Numbered from the stretch's first letter, positions 50,529 to 61,080 are shown. The stretch is DNA of 64,000 bases from Candidatus Latescibacterota bacterium (GCA_965226795.1 CBDDDZ010000002.1:352001-416000); one strand, 5' to 3'. Notes: a model not told the origin generated them from the sequence alone. Numbers and translations: made by a program.

Positions 50529-51650
50529 TCAAAAATTGAATGATACCGCGGCTCGCAGTCCCTTGTCTCTTGTCGGCGCAATGCTCAGATTGATCCGCGA
50601 CGGGGAAACTTCGACCCATTTTTCGGTTGTTGTCGCGGCACCAATGAGGGTGCCGACAAGTGTCATTGCAGGTACGCCCACCAACGTGACGTAGGCATCG
50701 AGCAGTTTTTCTTGACCCAGTTTATCAGCGTTTGTCGTGTCACTGGGTTTTGACAATATTGCGGCGGCAGCCCCCACAAGTAGACCGATTGCCATGCCTT
50801 TCTTTGTTTTTCGATGCCGCCCCATGCTGACTTCGAAATCGTCTACGAAAGCACGGCGTATTCGTTCGGTGCCACGTTCGGATAGGATCTCAAGTGTGTC
50901 CTGGGAGGAACCTATAAACCTCCCGGTCATCCATTCCGGCGATATCGAGGGTGCCTTTAGGCGGACCCTGGGACCCTGGAGTTCACGCATTGCTTTTCTC
51001 GCTCTCCGCCAGCGATTCATGTCTTTGCGTTTACGGGTTACAACAATGCGCTCGATATCCTCCGCTCGGATTTTTCGTTGGCTACCGTTCCTTGATCTAA
51101 TCACGATATGATTCGCGCTTTTGCGCGTAATCACTCCCGTGGCGGTGTGGCTGACACCGGAGGATCGGTACTCGACGTGTGCGTGCCATCCGATTCTCAG
51201 CTTCCCGAGGTCTAGGTTTTCGCCGGACATCACCGACTCTTGAACCTGCAACATCTCACGCCTTGACATTCGCCACTGCTCGATGCCGCCTGGGCCGTCG
51301 GCGACGGCGAGGATCTTTATATCGTTGCGGGCAATTTCCCATCCCTTCCCTGTACCAGGCACGATGACGATGCGATTCGAATCGAAGTCGACGATTCGGC
51401 CCGTTGCCGCGCTCTCCACGCCCTTCGAATTGAACACCACGTACGCATACAATCCGGGCGAAAGCTTTTTCACATCAAGTTCCTTACCGGGCATGACCGT
51501 AACCGCCTTCGCGTGGAGCCTTTGAATGGCCCCTGCAATAGCCGGATCCCCCTGCTGCGCGCCTCGAAGTTGTGTGGCCGCGTGCGCAAGGGCGGGTGCA
51601 ATCGCGTTTGACATCAGGGTCGCGGTCAAGATGAGTGCGATAGATTTCAT
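50529..51650 (-). CDS. Secreted protein, same family
   Basis: Two repeats, RVRLKAP domain, TKKGMAIG, TLIGA...EKWVEV, ends AAVSFNF. Confidence 0.8.
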   Translation of the reverse strand: MKSIALILTATLMSNAIAPALAHAATQLRGAQQGDPAIAGAIQRLHAKAVTVMPGKELDVKKLSPGLYAYVVFNSKGVESAATGRIVDFDSNRIVIVPGTGKGWEIARNDIKILAVADGPGGIEQWRMSRREMLQVQESVMSGENLDLGKLRIGWHAHVEYRSSGVSHTATGVITRKSANHIVIRSRNGSQRKIRAEDIERIVVTRKRKDMNRWRRARKAMRELQGPRVRLKAPSISPEWMTGRFIGSSQDTLEILSERGTERIRRAFVDDFEVSMGRHRKTKKGMAIGLLVGAAAAILSKPSDTTNADKLGQEKLLDAYVTLVGVPAMTLVGTLIGAATTTEKWVEVSPSRINLSIAPTRDKGLRAAVSFNF

Positions 51651-51712
51651 GATTACCCTCCACAGGCTCTTACATGGCGATTTCTGCAGCGTTCGAGACG
51701 TTCTCCGGACGC

Positions 51713-52744
51713 TTATCCCTGGTGCAACGGCGCCGCGGTTTCCATTCGCTCGAGGCCGTCTTTCTCCTTCGGCGCTCCGAACCGTATCGTGCGCGATCCG
51801 AGCAGGAGCAGGAGCAGGCCCAAAAGCATCCAGAAGATCTTTCGGATTCGACGGATAATTCCCACGGCCAATCCGGTACCCGGTTCCAGTCCCATCATAT
51901 GAAAGAGGAATACGTGCCCGCCTTCGAAGACCCCCATGCCGTAGGGAACGAAACCGAATACCACGTTGATCACCATCATCAGTGAATGGAACAGGTACAC
52001 CGAAACGAACGGCAGCGGTTCACCAAGCACCTGGAGAATCACGTAAATTTCCAGCGTGCCGAGGCTCCATGTCAGCAGATGGAGTCCCAACAGGCCCGCC
52101 AGCCTCCATGGGTTCAGCCGGTAAAACGCGGCCAGGTTCCGATCGATTTCGGCCGCCCGGTCGAGGTGCCTTTCCACAAACCTGATCCGCATGCGCATCA
52201 ACAGGTTCACAAGCCCGGTGAACGGATTTCGGCGCTGTCTGACGACGGTCAGAACGACGCCGAACACGGCGACTGTCAGTACGCCGAAGAGGGTCCAGCG
52301 CATCTCCTCCGGAAACGCGAACCGATTGAGACCCGCTATGACGCCGCCCAGGACGAATATAACGCCGCTGATCATCTCGCCCGTTTTATTGAGGACAAGC
52401 GACGACACGCCGGCCGTCACGCCCATTCTCTCTCGCAGCATCATCACTTTGGCCACCTCTTTGCCAATCTGCGACGCCGGCATCACATTGCCCAGCGCCT
52501 CGCCAACCAGTTTCACCCAGAGCAACGGTCTCAACCGGGGCCTCTTTGCCCCTCCATCAAAGCACCTGCGCCAGACCCAGACGTTGTTCGCATACGCCGC
52601 CAGGGTAATTCCTATAATCGGGATATATCCCCAGCCCATCATCAACACGTGCTGCCACACGTCCGGTTCGCCAAGCTGATGCAGCAAAACGCCGAGGCAG
52701 ACGAAGCCCAGCAGCCAGAGCAGTATATACGTTTCCTGTTTCAT
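51713..52744 (-). CDS. Lysylphosphatidylglycerol synthase TM / flippase-like (UPF0104) membrane protein
   Basis: Multiple TMs, N..P....G.E..K, VP.G.GV.EG, IIRRIR; GAGGAG RBS. Confidence 0.85.
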   Translation of the reverse strand: MKQETYILLWLLGFVCLGVLLHQLGEPDVWQHVLMMGWGYIPIIGITLAAYANNVWVWRRCFDGGAKRPRLRPLLWVKLVGEALGNVMPASQIGKEVAKVMMLRERMGVTAGVSSLVLNKTGEMISGVIFVLGGVIAGLNRFAFPEEMRWTLFGVLTVAVFGVVLTVVRQRRNPFTGLVNLLMRMRIRFVERHLDRAAEIDRNLAAFYRLNPWRLAGLLGLHLLTWSLGTLEIYVILQVLGEPLPFVSVYLFHSLMMVINVVFGFVPYGMGVFEGGHVFLFHMMGLEPGTGLAVGIIRRIRKIFWMLLGLLLLLLGSRTIRFGAPKEKDGLERMETAAPLHQG

Positions 52745-52769
52745 CAAATTCTCCTCGAATACCTGCTTG

Positions 52770-53417
52770 TTAGATGACAACCCTTTTGGCCGCCGTGATG
52801 ACGGGAATACCTCTTATCGCGCACAGGGCGACGGTCAGGTAGGCCGCCGCCAGTGCGACCATCTCCACACCCGGTTCGATCCCGGCCGCGAGGTTCGACG
52901 AATGTTGCACCGCGTTCAGGATGAACAACGCGACGAACGCGATCACCTTTGCAACACCGTACGTCGCCCGGCTTGCACGCGAGGCAACCAGGGCGCACCC
53001 GATGGGCGACCGCATCATCGATGTCTCACCGAACGCGGTCTCACCGCGGGCCAGCGCGCAACTCCGGATCGCGTCCGTCACGAATCCCCTGCTGAGTACC
53101 ACCAGCGGAACCCAGAGGGGGATCAGATGCAGCCACGCGAACACCACCCACCACACGTTCTCCGCAATCCGGTCCCCCACAATGTCGAGCAATCCGCCGA
53201 CCTTGCTCTCGCATCCCAGCCGGCGTGCGGCGTACCCGTCCAGCCAGTCCATCAGCAGTGCGGCGAACGCCAGGGGTACCGCAATCCAGGCCAGCACGGA
53301 ATTTCCGGTGACCGCAAAGGCCGCCGCCAGAAACAGGCAGACGACCCGGAAGGCGGTAATCAGGTTGGCAACGTGGCGCTGAAGGGTGGCTGCAAACGTC
53401 AATGTGTGTGTTGACAT
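52770..53417 (-). CDS. CDP-alcohol phosphatidyltransferase
   Basis: ANLIT..R, DWLDGYAAR....S..G..LD...D; GGAGG RBS. Confidence 0.92.
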   Translation of the reverse strand: MSTHTLTFAATLQRHVANLITAFRVVCLFLAAAFAVTGNSVLAWIAVPLAFAALLMDWLDGYAARRLGCESKVGGLLDIVGDRIAENVWWVVFAWLHLIPLWVPLVVLSRGFVTDAIRSCALARGETAFGETSMMRSPIGCALVASRASRATYGVAKVIAFVALFILNAVQHSSNLAAGIEPGVEMVALAAAYLTVALCAIRGIPVITAAKRVVI

Positions 53418-53447
53418 ATCGTCCTCCTTCCATGCAGCACCCTTTTC

Positions 53448-53462
53448 GCAAACCCCGTGCCA
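53448..53462 (-). promoter_or_regulatory. Sigma54 -24/-12 promoter
   Basis: TGGCAC-GGGGT-TTGC, full consensus, 30 nt before the ATG. Confidence 0.85.
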
Positions 53463-53666
53463 TAACCGTCTGGAGCCGAAATCAGCGCGTTTCGATGGTT
53501 TTTGGCCCCCAAGAACGCCCGACAGGTGCCATCCTTTACTTGCACCCGCAATTCCGGTCTTGCAGGCAACAGAAGAGAAATACAAAAAAGATCCCGACGA
53601 CACGAGATGTGTCGTCGGGTCGGCTTGGAGAGATGACGATCCAACTACATTGCTTATTGTTATAAT

Positions 53667-53893
53667 TTTACGTCCTTTTTCTTGTACGCCCAAGAAAAAG
53701 GACCAAAAAGAACGGCGCCTGCCTGCCGAGGACGGCTCGGCGCAGGCAGGCCGCTCGGCGCGGAGCCGGTTTTTCCGCGAATTACCACAGGGGTCAAAAC
53801 GAGCGTCGTTGCCCTGTCAGGACAGCCGGTGATCAAGTGCGTCGTTGCTGAATGGAATGACGCGGAAAAACCCTCAACGCCGCCACCGGGTGG
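53667..53893. repeat. Intergenic repeat element, copy 1 (contains the 33-bp palindrome at 53718-53750)
   Basis: TTTACG.CCTTTTTCTT...AAAAGG.CCAAAAAGAA.GGCGCCTGCCTGCCG; matches 58194-58301. Confidence 0.8.
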
Positions 53894-54569
53894 CCGGGAG
53901 CCAGATCTTGAGGGGCCACAAGGCGGTTGGCGAACCGGCCATAAAAAAAATTCCGTACGCGGTTCCGTACAATGATGATGGAAGACGTTAAAGCGCGGAG
54001 AATCCAGCTTCACCCGCAAAGCGGGTGAACTGTTGTTACGGTGATTTTTCGGGACACCAGGGGACGCCTGGTTCTGGGGTTCGAGCTTGATGGTGAGCGG
54101 TGCGATTCATACCGCGAACAAACCCCCCGCCGAGCGGCGACTTCTAAAAGTGGAAAGAAGAGAGAGGGAAGAAGGGAGACGGGTGGGTAACTTTGTCATA
54201 GGACACCTTCGGAACCGGAGTCTCGCCAACTGAAAATAAGAAGTGGATCAGGAAAGAAGGCGCGAAACCGGTGGTTGGCGGAGCGGTCGTCTCACTTCTC
54301 CCGTCTTACTTCTCGAGTTTTTTCGGAACCCGCCGGAGGCAGGGAATCTGGGGAGATGTGGATGTTGAATTTTGGTTTTTCCCGTTTCCTTTCGACCTCG
54401 CGCCGAATGCATGTGAATTAGGGGTCCCGAAGGGACCCGTATTGGGGGGTGATTGGGTCGTCTTCGGATTTTCGCTTTTTGCTTCAAGTTCAAGATGTCC
54501 GCTGAATGCTGATAGCTGGCGGCCGGGTTGCGGGGTGGTCTTCTTCCGTCTTCCGTCTCACGTCTCGCC

Positions 54570-55967
54570 TTATCTGTAGATCACGGGGTCGATCCCGAGT
54601 TCTTTGACTTTCTGCTGCAGCGCCTGGCGTTTCATACCGATGGCCGGCGCAGTGCGGCTTATATTTCCGTTGTGGTGTTCCAGCGCCGATCGAATAAACC
54701 TTGCCTCGAAGTCCTGTACGACCTCCTGTTTGGCGTCCTGAAAGAAAACACCCTCACTCCATGCGGGCGCGCCGGCGCCGGTGGATTCCGTACCGCCCGC
54801 CCGGATTTCCTCCGGAAGCAGATCTCTGCTCAGGACGGTACCCTCGGCGAAAATGACCGCACGCTCGACCGCGTGCATCAGTTCGCGAATATTGCCCGGC
54901 CAGGCGTATGCCACCAGCAGTTTCATCGCATCGGCAGGCAGTTCCGTTACGGTCTTTCCATGCCGTCGGTTGAATCGCTCCAGGAAATATTGCAAAAGCA
55001 GGGGAATATCCTCGCACCTGTCGCGCAGCGCCGGCAGGAAGATATCCACTACTTTCAATCGATAAAAGAGGTCCTCCCGGAACCGCCCTCGCGCAATCTC
55101 ATCGGAAAGGTCGCGATTGGTGGCGCTGATCATCCGAACGTCCACAGCCACCGTCTCGGTGCCGCCCAGCCGCTCGAATCGTTGCTCCTGGAGCACGCGG
55201 AGCAGCTTTGCCTGGGTCTCGACGTGCATGTCCCCGATTTCGTCCAAAAAGAGCGTTCCGCCGTCCGCAAGCTCGAATCTGCCCTGCCGACGAGACGCGG
55301 CTCCCGTAAAGGCGCCCTTCTCATGGCCGAACAGTTCGCTTTCGATCAACTCGGTGGGAAACGCCGCGGCATTCACGGCGACAAACGGTCGTTCCTTCCG
55401 CCCGCTGTGTTCGTGAATGGCCCGCGCCACGAGTTCCTTTCCGGTCCCGCTCTCACCGTGAACCAGAACGGCGGCATCCGTTCCGGCCACCTTGCCGATC
55501 ATGTCGTAAACCCGCTCCATGGTCCGGCTCCGTCCAATGAGCATTCCGAACCCGGACTGCCGCCGAATCTCGTCGCGGAGCGTTTCGTTCTCTCTGCGCA
55601 ACCGAACGGTCTCGAGGACATTTTGAACCAGGCAGCGAAGTTCGTCCACGTCGTAGGGTTTGCTAATGTAGTCATACGCGCCCGCCTTCATCGCCTCCAC
55701 GGCAATCCGCTCCGATCCGTACGCTGTTATGACAATGACCGGTGGCGCGTTTCCCTGTTCGCCCAGCCGCTTCACCAGCGTCAACCCATCCATTTTCGGC
55801 ATCTGAATGTCGCAGATCAACAGATCGGGACCGCTGCGCGCGATTTCCTCGAGTGCCGCCGTTCCATCACCCGCTTCGACAACCTCGCAGGAAAGCACCG
55901 CCAGTGCCCGCTTCAGCCCGTGCCGCGCGGCCGGATCGTCGTCTACAACCAGAATCTTATGCCGCAT
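54570..55967 (-). CDS. Sigma54-dependent NtrC-family response regulator
   Basis: ILVVDDD, CDIQMP, GESGTGKE, GAFTGA, WPGNIREL, Fis HTH. Confidence 0.95.
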   Translation of the reverse strand: MRHKILVVDDDPAARHGLKRALAVLSCEVVEAGDGTAALEEIARSGPDLLICDIQMPKMDGLTLVKRLGEQGNAPPVIVITAYGSERIAVEAMKAGAYDYISKPYDVDELRCLVQNVLETVRLRRENETLRDEIRRQSGFGMLIGRSRTMERVYDMIGKVAGTDAAVLVHGESGTGKELVARAIHEHSGRKERPFVAVNAAAFPTELIESELFGHEKGAFTGAASRRQGRFELADGGTLFLDEIGDMHVETQAKLLRVLQEQRFERLGGTETVAVDVRMISATNRDLSDEIARGRFREDLFYRLKVVDIFLPALRDRCEDIPLLLQYFLERFNRRHGKTVTELPADAMKLLVAYAWPGNIRELMHAVERAVIFAEGTVLSRDLLPEEIRAGGTESTGAGAPAWSEGVFFQDAKQEVVQDFEARFIRSALEHHNGNISRTAPAIGMKRQALQQKVKELGIDPVIYR

Positions 55968-58080
55968 TGTCCGCTCCAGGAAGTTGAACTTCGAACACCG
56001 CACCCGATCGATGCCCGTTCGCAGCGGCAATCGTTCCCCCAATTCGCTCCACGTCGCGCTTTACAATGGCAAGCCCAAGGCCCGTTCCCGAAGCCTTTGT
56101 GGTAAAAAACGGCTCGAAAACGTGGGAAAGGGCCTCTTCCGAAATTCCCGGCCCGGTATCCGAAACACGCACCGCGACCCGCCAGTCAGAACGCTCCGCC
56201 CGCACCGTCAACCGCCGCTCCGTCGTTTGTTCCGCTTCGTCCATTGCCTGGATGCCGTTAAGGATCAGATTGAAAAACACCTCTTTCAAATCCTCAGGAT
56301 CGCTTGTAACCACAAGGCCTTCCGCAACCTCGGCCCGGATTTCCACCTTCCGTCGTTCCGCCTCGTGCGACAGGATCAACACCACGTCATCGAGCACGGC
56401 CTTCATGTCCACGGGCTGAAACGTATCGCCCTGTTTCGGCTGCGCAAACCTGAGAAGCCGGTCCACCACGCGGCCCAACCTGTCGATTTCGTTCAATACA
56501 ACGGTCAGATCACCGGACTTGGCGGGGTCGTTCCCCAGGTCTTCCCGCAGCACGGTGGTAATCGCTTTGATCGAACTCAACGGATTCTTCACCTCGTGCG
56601 CGATGCTCGCCGATAGCAGCCCCAGCGCGGAGAGCCGTTCTGCCTCGTACATGCGCCGTTCAAGTTGCAGGCGGCGATCCACCAGGCGCGTATTTTCCAC
56701 GGCCAGCGCAATCTGATTGCAGAGCGTACCGAGCAGCTCCCACTCCTCCGAGGAAAAGGGCACTCCCCGTTTTTTCTCTCCAAGGCACAGAAACCCGGCG
56801 AGCTTCTCCTCCTGCATCACCGGAATACACAGCCTGACCCCCTGCACGGCGAGGATCGAGGCGAGGGCAGGACGATGCAATTCGCCCACGTCCAGTGCTC
56901 GCCGGTGTGACAACATCCAATCCGCGACCTGCTCAATATGCGTCCGATTGTCTTCACTTCGACTGAACGGCGCTGTGGGCGGATCGAACCCCGTGAGCCC
57001 GCTCCCGGAAATTACCCGAAGTTCGCCGACGTGGCCCTCGTCGTAATCGAACAACACAAGCGAGACGAGGTGTACCTTGAGCACCGTTCCCACTGCGTCC
57101 ACCACCGCCTTCAACCGACTCTCGAGCGCGTCCGGCACGTTCAACGTCTGGCTCAGCGTACCCAGCAGGTGCTGATACTCGTAGCGCGCGTTAAAGAACA
57201 GGCGATTGATCGCGCCCTGTAGCCGATTCTTGACCGGCTGAAAGAGAAAGATTAACAGGGAAATCAACACCGCCTCAACGACTTCCACCCGGAACCCGCC
57301 GCTCAGGCGGCCAAACTCTTCAGCAACGCGTCGGATCACAAGCAAGTAGACCGTCAGGACGATGCCCGTAAGCGCGGAATAGAGCAAAGCCGGATTCACC
57401 ACGATCCGGAAAAAGCTGTACCTGTAAATATAGTAACCGAGAATATAGGCAGGCGCGATCGGCGAGAGAAACAGCGCGAGGTCGAGCGCAGGACCCACTA
57501 TGGCGAGTTTGATTCCCCCCATCGGATATGCCGCGCCGGCCAGAACGGCGATGGCGGCAAGCGCGAGAGCGGTCAGCCGGTAGAACGACCTCTGCACCTC
57601 CGTTGCCAACCGCCCGGCAAATACCCGGCAAAACCACGCCGAATACAGCAGCGCCAGAATGGTGTAGAGACTGAAGCCCACGCGCTTCAGTGGCATTTCC
57701 CACAAACCTATAAGGAATATGATCAGACCGGGCACAACCGCGAACGGAACCAGATTGCGGCGCATCCAGGCCGCGATCCGCGTCTTTTGCTCATCCGCGG
57801 AAACCAGCACCGTGGCCAGCAGCGCGGACGGTAGAAAGCACTGCCCGAATCGCGCGACCTGGGCCGCATAGGCCGCCGCGCGAGCGCCGGGTGACGCCTG
57901 TTCTATCAGAATGCGCAATGCGTCTCCCGTGTACCAGAGCGCCCCCGCAAGAATCAATAACAACAGCGGTAGCGGCGTGCCCCTGCGCTTAATGGCGGAT
58001 ACAAAAATGCCCCAGAGCAGCGCTGCGGCGACCGCCCCGCCGACCAGCCAGATCGTGTCATATAGCGAAAGGTCAATCAT
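55957..58080 (-). CDS. Membrane histidine kinase (multi-TM, GAF, HisKA, HATPase)
   Basis: AHEVKNPL, NLILNG, DTGPGI, FEPFFTTK, GTGLGL; LGEK..G.PF GAF motif. Confidence 0.93.
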   Translation of the reverse strand: MIDLSLYDTIWLVGGAVAAALLWGIFVSAIKRRGTPLPLLLLILAGALWYTGDALRILIEQASPGARAAAYAAQVARFGQCFLPSALLATVLVSADEQKTRIAAWMRRNLVPFAVVPGLIIFLIGLWEMPLKRVGFSLYTILALLYSAWFCRVFAGRLATEVQRSFYRLTALALAAIAVLAGAAYPMGGIKLAIVGPALDLALFLSPIAPAYILGYYIYRYSFFRIVVNPALLYSALTGIVLTVYLLVIRRVAEEFGRLSGGFRVEVVEAVLISLLIFLFQPVKNRLQGAINRLFFNARYEYQHLLGTLSQTLNVPDALESRLKAVVDAVGTVLKVHLVSLVLFDYDEGHVGELRVISGSGLTGFDPPTAPFSRSEDNRTHIEQVADWMLSHRRALDVGELHRPALASILAVQGVRLCIPVMQEEKLAGFLCLGEKKRGVPFSSEEWELLGTLCNQIALAVENTRLVDRRLQLERRMYEAERLSALGLLSASIAHEVKNPLSSIKAITTVLREDLGNDPAKSGDLTVVLNEIDRLGRVVDRLLRFAQPKQGDTFQPVDMKAVLDDVVLILSHEAERRKVEIRAEVAEGLVVTSDPEDLKEVFFNLILNGIQAMDEAEQTTERRLTVRAERSDWRVAVRVSDTGPGISEEALSHVFEPFFTTKASGTGLGLAIVKRDVERIGGTIAAANGHRSGAVFEVQLPGADNAA

Positions 58081-58193
58081 CTCGGATTATCCAGTATCCT
58101 GCCGAAGGCATGGTAACACCGGAAAACGGCGAATGATGGGTTGTGCTCTGGGCCCAGCAGGTCATTTTCTTCCCTTCATAATTGTTTTTTTTC

Positions 58194-58301
58194 TTTACGC
58201 CCTTTTTCTTTCGCGCCAAAGGAAAAGGGCCAAAAAGAATGGCGCCTGCCTGCCGAACACGGCTCGGCGCGGAAAAGCCCCCCACTCCGCCACCGGGCGG
58301 C
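58194..58301. repeat. Intergenic repeat element, copy 2 (internally deleted)
   Basis: Aligns to 53667-53742 and then to 53861-53893. Confidence 0.8.
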
Positions 58302-58497
58302 GGTGAGTTTTATCGCGAGGGACCGCCGCGCGGTTTGTCGTCGTACCGCGTTTTGACTGACTGCTGATCGCTGTTCTTCCAATATGAAATTAGTGAAAAC
58401 AGGGTGGGATTTCAACTCAAACTGCGGGTAGACCCCGTGAGAGGTTCACCCGGCCACCCTCGTTGAAGGGGAGTCGGGTTGGGGGGTACGCAGTAGA

Positions 58498-59302
58498 TCA
58501 ACTCCCGGTGGAACAATAGTGGCGGACCCCTCGATTCCAGACGCGGAGGGCGATGAGCAGGAAGACCACGCCCGCCGCGGGTGACAGCCACTGGATCAAC
58601 AGGGTGGATCCGAGGGGGTCGGTTCGCCCCAGGATGGCCAGGGCGAGGAGGTAGGTGATCCCGGCCAGGGGGACGACGTATGTAAAGAAGCGGCGGAACC
58701 AGGGTGGGTAAATAACGAAGGGGAACTGGGCGGCCTCGGTGCCGCCGTTAGTGAGGGCGTTGGCGATTTCCAGGCCCTCAGTCGTCCAGAAGGCGAGGGT
58801 TGCCTGAAGAACGAAGAGACCGAAAAAGAGGCAGACCCCGCCCATAATGGCCCCCGTTGCGAGGGCGACTGTGGCTGCAGACCAGTCGATCTGGAGGGCG
58901 TACTGAGCCCAAAGCAGCACGGCGAGGCCCTGGAGGAACCGGCCGATTCGCAGGAGGTGGAGTTCCTGGCCGACCAGTTGCAGGGCGGCACTTCGGGGGC
59001 GTAGCAGAAGGCGGTCGAAATCGCCGCTCCTGACCCATGTGCCAAAGGTGTCAAACCCCCGTGCGGCGCCCTCGGCAACGGCGAAGGCGATGTTGACCAT
59101 GCCATACAGCAGTCCCACCTCGGGCAGCGTCCAGCCCTGGATGCTGCCCGAGGTGGCTGAACAGCACCCAGAGAGCGGCGAAGTCCAGACCGGTTAACAG
59201 AAAATATCCCGCGGTCAGCATAACGAACGAGGCTCGGTACTGCATCTGGCCTTGAATGGAGATCGCGGCATAACGAAAGTACAGACGCAGGGCGTTGCGC
59301 AT
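58498..59302 (-). CDS. ABC-2 family exporter permease, +1 frameshift near 59150
   Basis: MQYRASF, then GW...EVGLLYG, G.FDRLLLRP, P...YP, TYVVP, YCSTGS. Confidence 0.85.
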
Positions 59303-59306
59303 ACTG

Positions 59307-60098
59307 CTATCCTCCCTGAATGACCAGCCGGCGGATTCCCCGGGCGAGCAGAAGGCGTCCCACGACGATCAAACCGAGGGTCCAGGCCAACTGGTGTGCG
59401 AAGAGCGGAAGGATTTCCGACGGAGGGATGTGGCCGATGTAGAGGCGAAATGGCACATCCATGAGTCCCCGGAAGGGCAGGATATCGAGGACGGTTCGCG
59501 CCCAGGCGGGAAAAAAGGGCAGGGGGACATACATGCCGGAAAAAATCGCCACGGCGGCGACCATGAGCGAGGAGATGCCCTGGCCCGAGACCGTCCAGAG
59601 CATGGAGATGTTGAGCAGATTCGCAATCGCGGTGCCCAGGAGAAGGGCCCCGAGGGTTGCGAGCGCCCAGGCGCCCGCGGAAGCCCAGGAGGCCGGGGGT
59701 TGAAGGCCGAAGAAAAGCCCGGCGATCACGAACATCGGGGCCGCCCGCAACAGCGTGGGGGCGGTTCGCCTGGCGAGGTCCCGGCAGAACCAGAACGCGC
59801 ACAGGTCCAGGGGCCGAACGAGTTCGTAAACCACCTGGCCCGACCGGATCATCGCGCGCATTTCCCTGTCTATGATCCAGGGCAGCATGCCCAGGAGCGC
59901 CTGGCCCAGCCAGATGTAGGTGATGACGTCCGTAAGGCTCATCGGCTGTGGAGCCGTGGTGGAGCGGTAGAAGGCGGTGAAGAACATCATGCGAATCAGG
60001 CCCCAGAATACCTGGGTACCCAGTCCGGCCAGGGCCGCTACCCGGTATTGCAGCAGCATCCGGAACCGGGCGCTGACCACGGCTGCATAGGCTTTCAT
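59307..60098 (-). CDS. ABC-2 family exporter permease
   Basis: LQYR, TYIWLGQ, SG.V.YEL.RP, SG..VPL.FFP, LVIQGG. Confidence 0.92.
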   Translation of the reverse strand: MKAYAAVVSARFRMLLQYRVAALAGLGTQVFWGLIRMMFFTAFYRSTTAPQPMSLTDVITYIWLGQALLGMLPWIIDREMRAMIRSGQVVYELVRPLDLCAFWFCRDLARRTAPTLLRAAPMFVIAGLFFGLQPPASWASAGAWALATLGALLLGTAIANLLNISMLWTVSGQGISSLMVAAVAIFSGMYVPLPFFPAWARTVLDILPFRGLMDVPFRLYIGHIPPSEILPLFAHQLAWTLGLIVVGRLLLARGIRRLVIQGG

Positions 60099-61080
60099 AG
60101 TCGCTCCTGTTCGTACATCCTGGCGATGATTTCTTCGATGGGCGGGCTTTCCACAAAAAGGTCCCGGACGGGGTGCCGGGCGGTGATGCGGCCGATGAGG
60201 GTTGCGGCAGAGACCCGCTCCGGGTCAAAGCTGAGGTGAACCCGGTGCCCGTCCCGCCGCACGACTTCGGCGTCCGGATCGGTAATGGTTCCGGCTTCGT
60301 CCACCAGGTCCACGGTGAGGCGCCGTTCCCGGGTAACGCGGGCTGTCAGGTCCTCCAGGGCGCCGTCAGAGAGGATCCGGCCATGACCGATGACCATGAC
60401 GCGGGTGCAGAGGGCTTCGATGTCGTCCATGTCGTGGGTTGTGAGGATGACGGTAACGTCCCGCTCCCGATTCAGGCGTTTGACGAAGTCCCGGACCCCC
60501 AGCTTGGAGACGGCGTCCAGGCCGATGGTGGGCTCGTCCAGGAAGAGAAGGCGCGGAGAATGGAGCAGGGCCGCGGCCAGGTCGCAGCGCATGCGCTGGC
60601 CCAGGGAGAGTTGGCGCACCGGAGTGTCCAGGAGCGGCTCCAGGACGAGGAGGGCGATGAGTTCGTCGCGGGCGTGCGCGTAGGCCCGTGGGGGGACGCG
60701 GTAGATATCGCGGAGCAGGTCGAAGGATTCGACGACGGGCAGATCCCACCAGAGCTGGGTAGCGCTGTCCGAATACAACGCCGATGTCTCTGACGTGGGG
60801 GGATGCGTTCCCTCCAGGGAACGCGGCCCAGGATCTCGCAACGGCCCGAATCGGGCACGAGAATACCGGAGAGGACCTTGACGGTGGTGGACTTGCCCGC
60901 GCCGTTGGGACCGATGTAGCCGACAAGCTCTCCCGGCTGAATCGAGAATGAGATTCCGTCCAGGGCGTTGACGTGGCGGTAGCTGCGGTGAATCACGCCT
61001 CTGAGCGCGCCCCACATGCCGGGCTTCCGTTCAGCAATGCGAAAGGTCTTCACCAGATTCTCAACGACAATGTGGGGCAT
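60095..61080 (-). CDS. ABC transporter ATP-binding subunit with two +1 frameshifts
   Basis: GPNGAGKST in one frame, IGVVFGQR in a second, LSLGQRMR/LFLDEPT/TTHD in a third; span is 984+2 nt. Confidence 0.88.

Noticed and set aside
53940..54140. Structured ncRNA (RNase P, SRP or tmRNA)
   Set aside because: Local hairpins are present, but no diagnostic motifs were recognised
54528..56105. 525-aa + strand ORF
   Set aside because: Antisense shadow of the NtrC-family gene, a common artefact in GC-rich DNA
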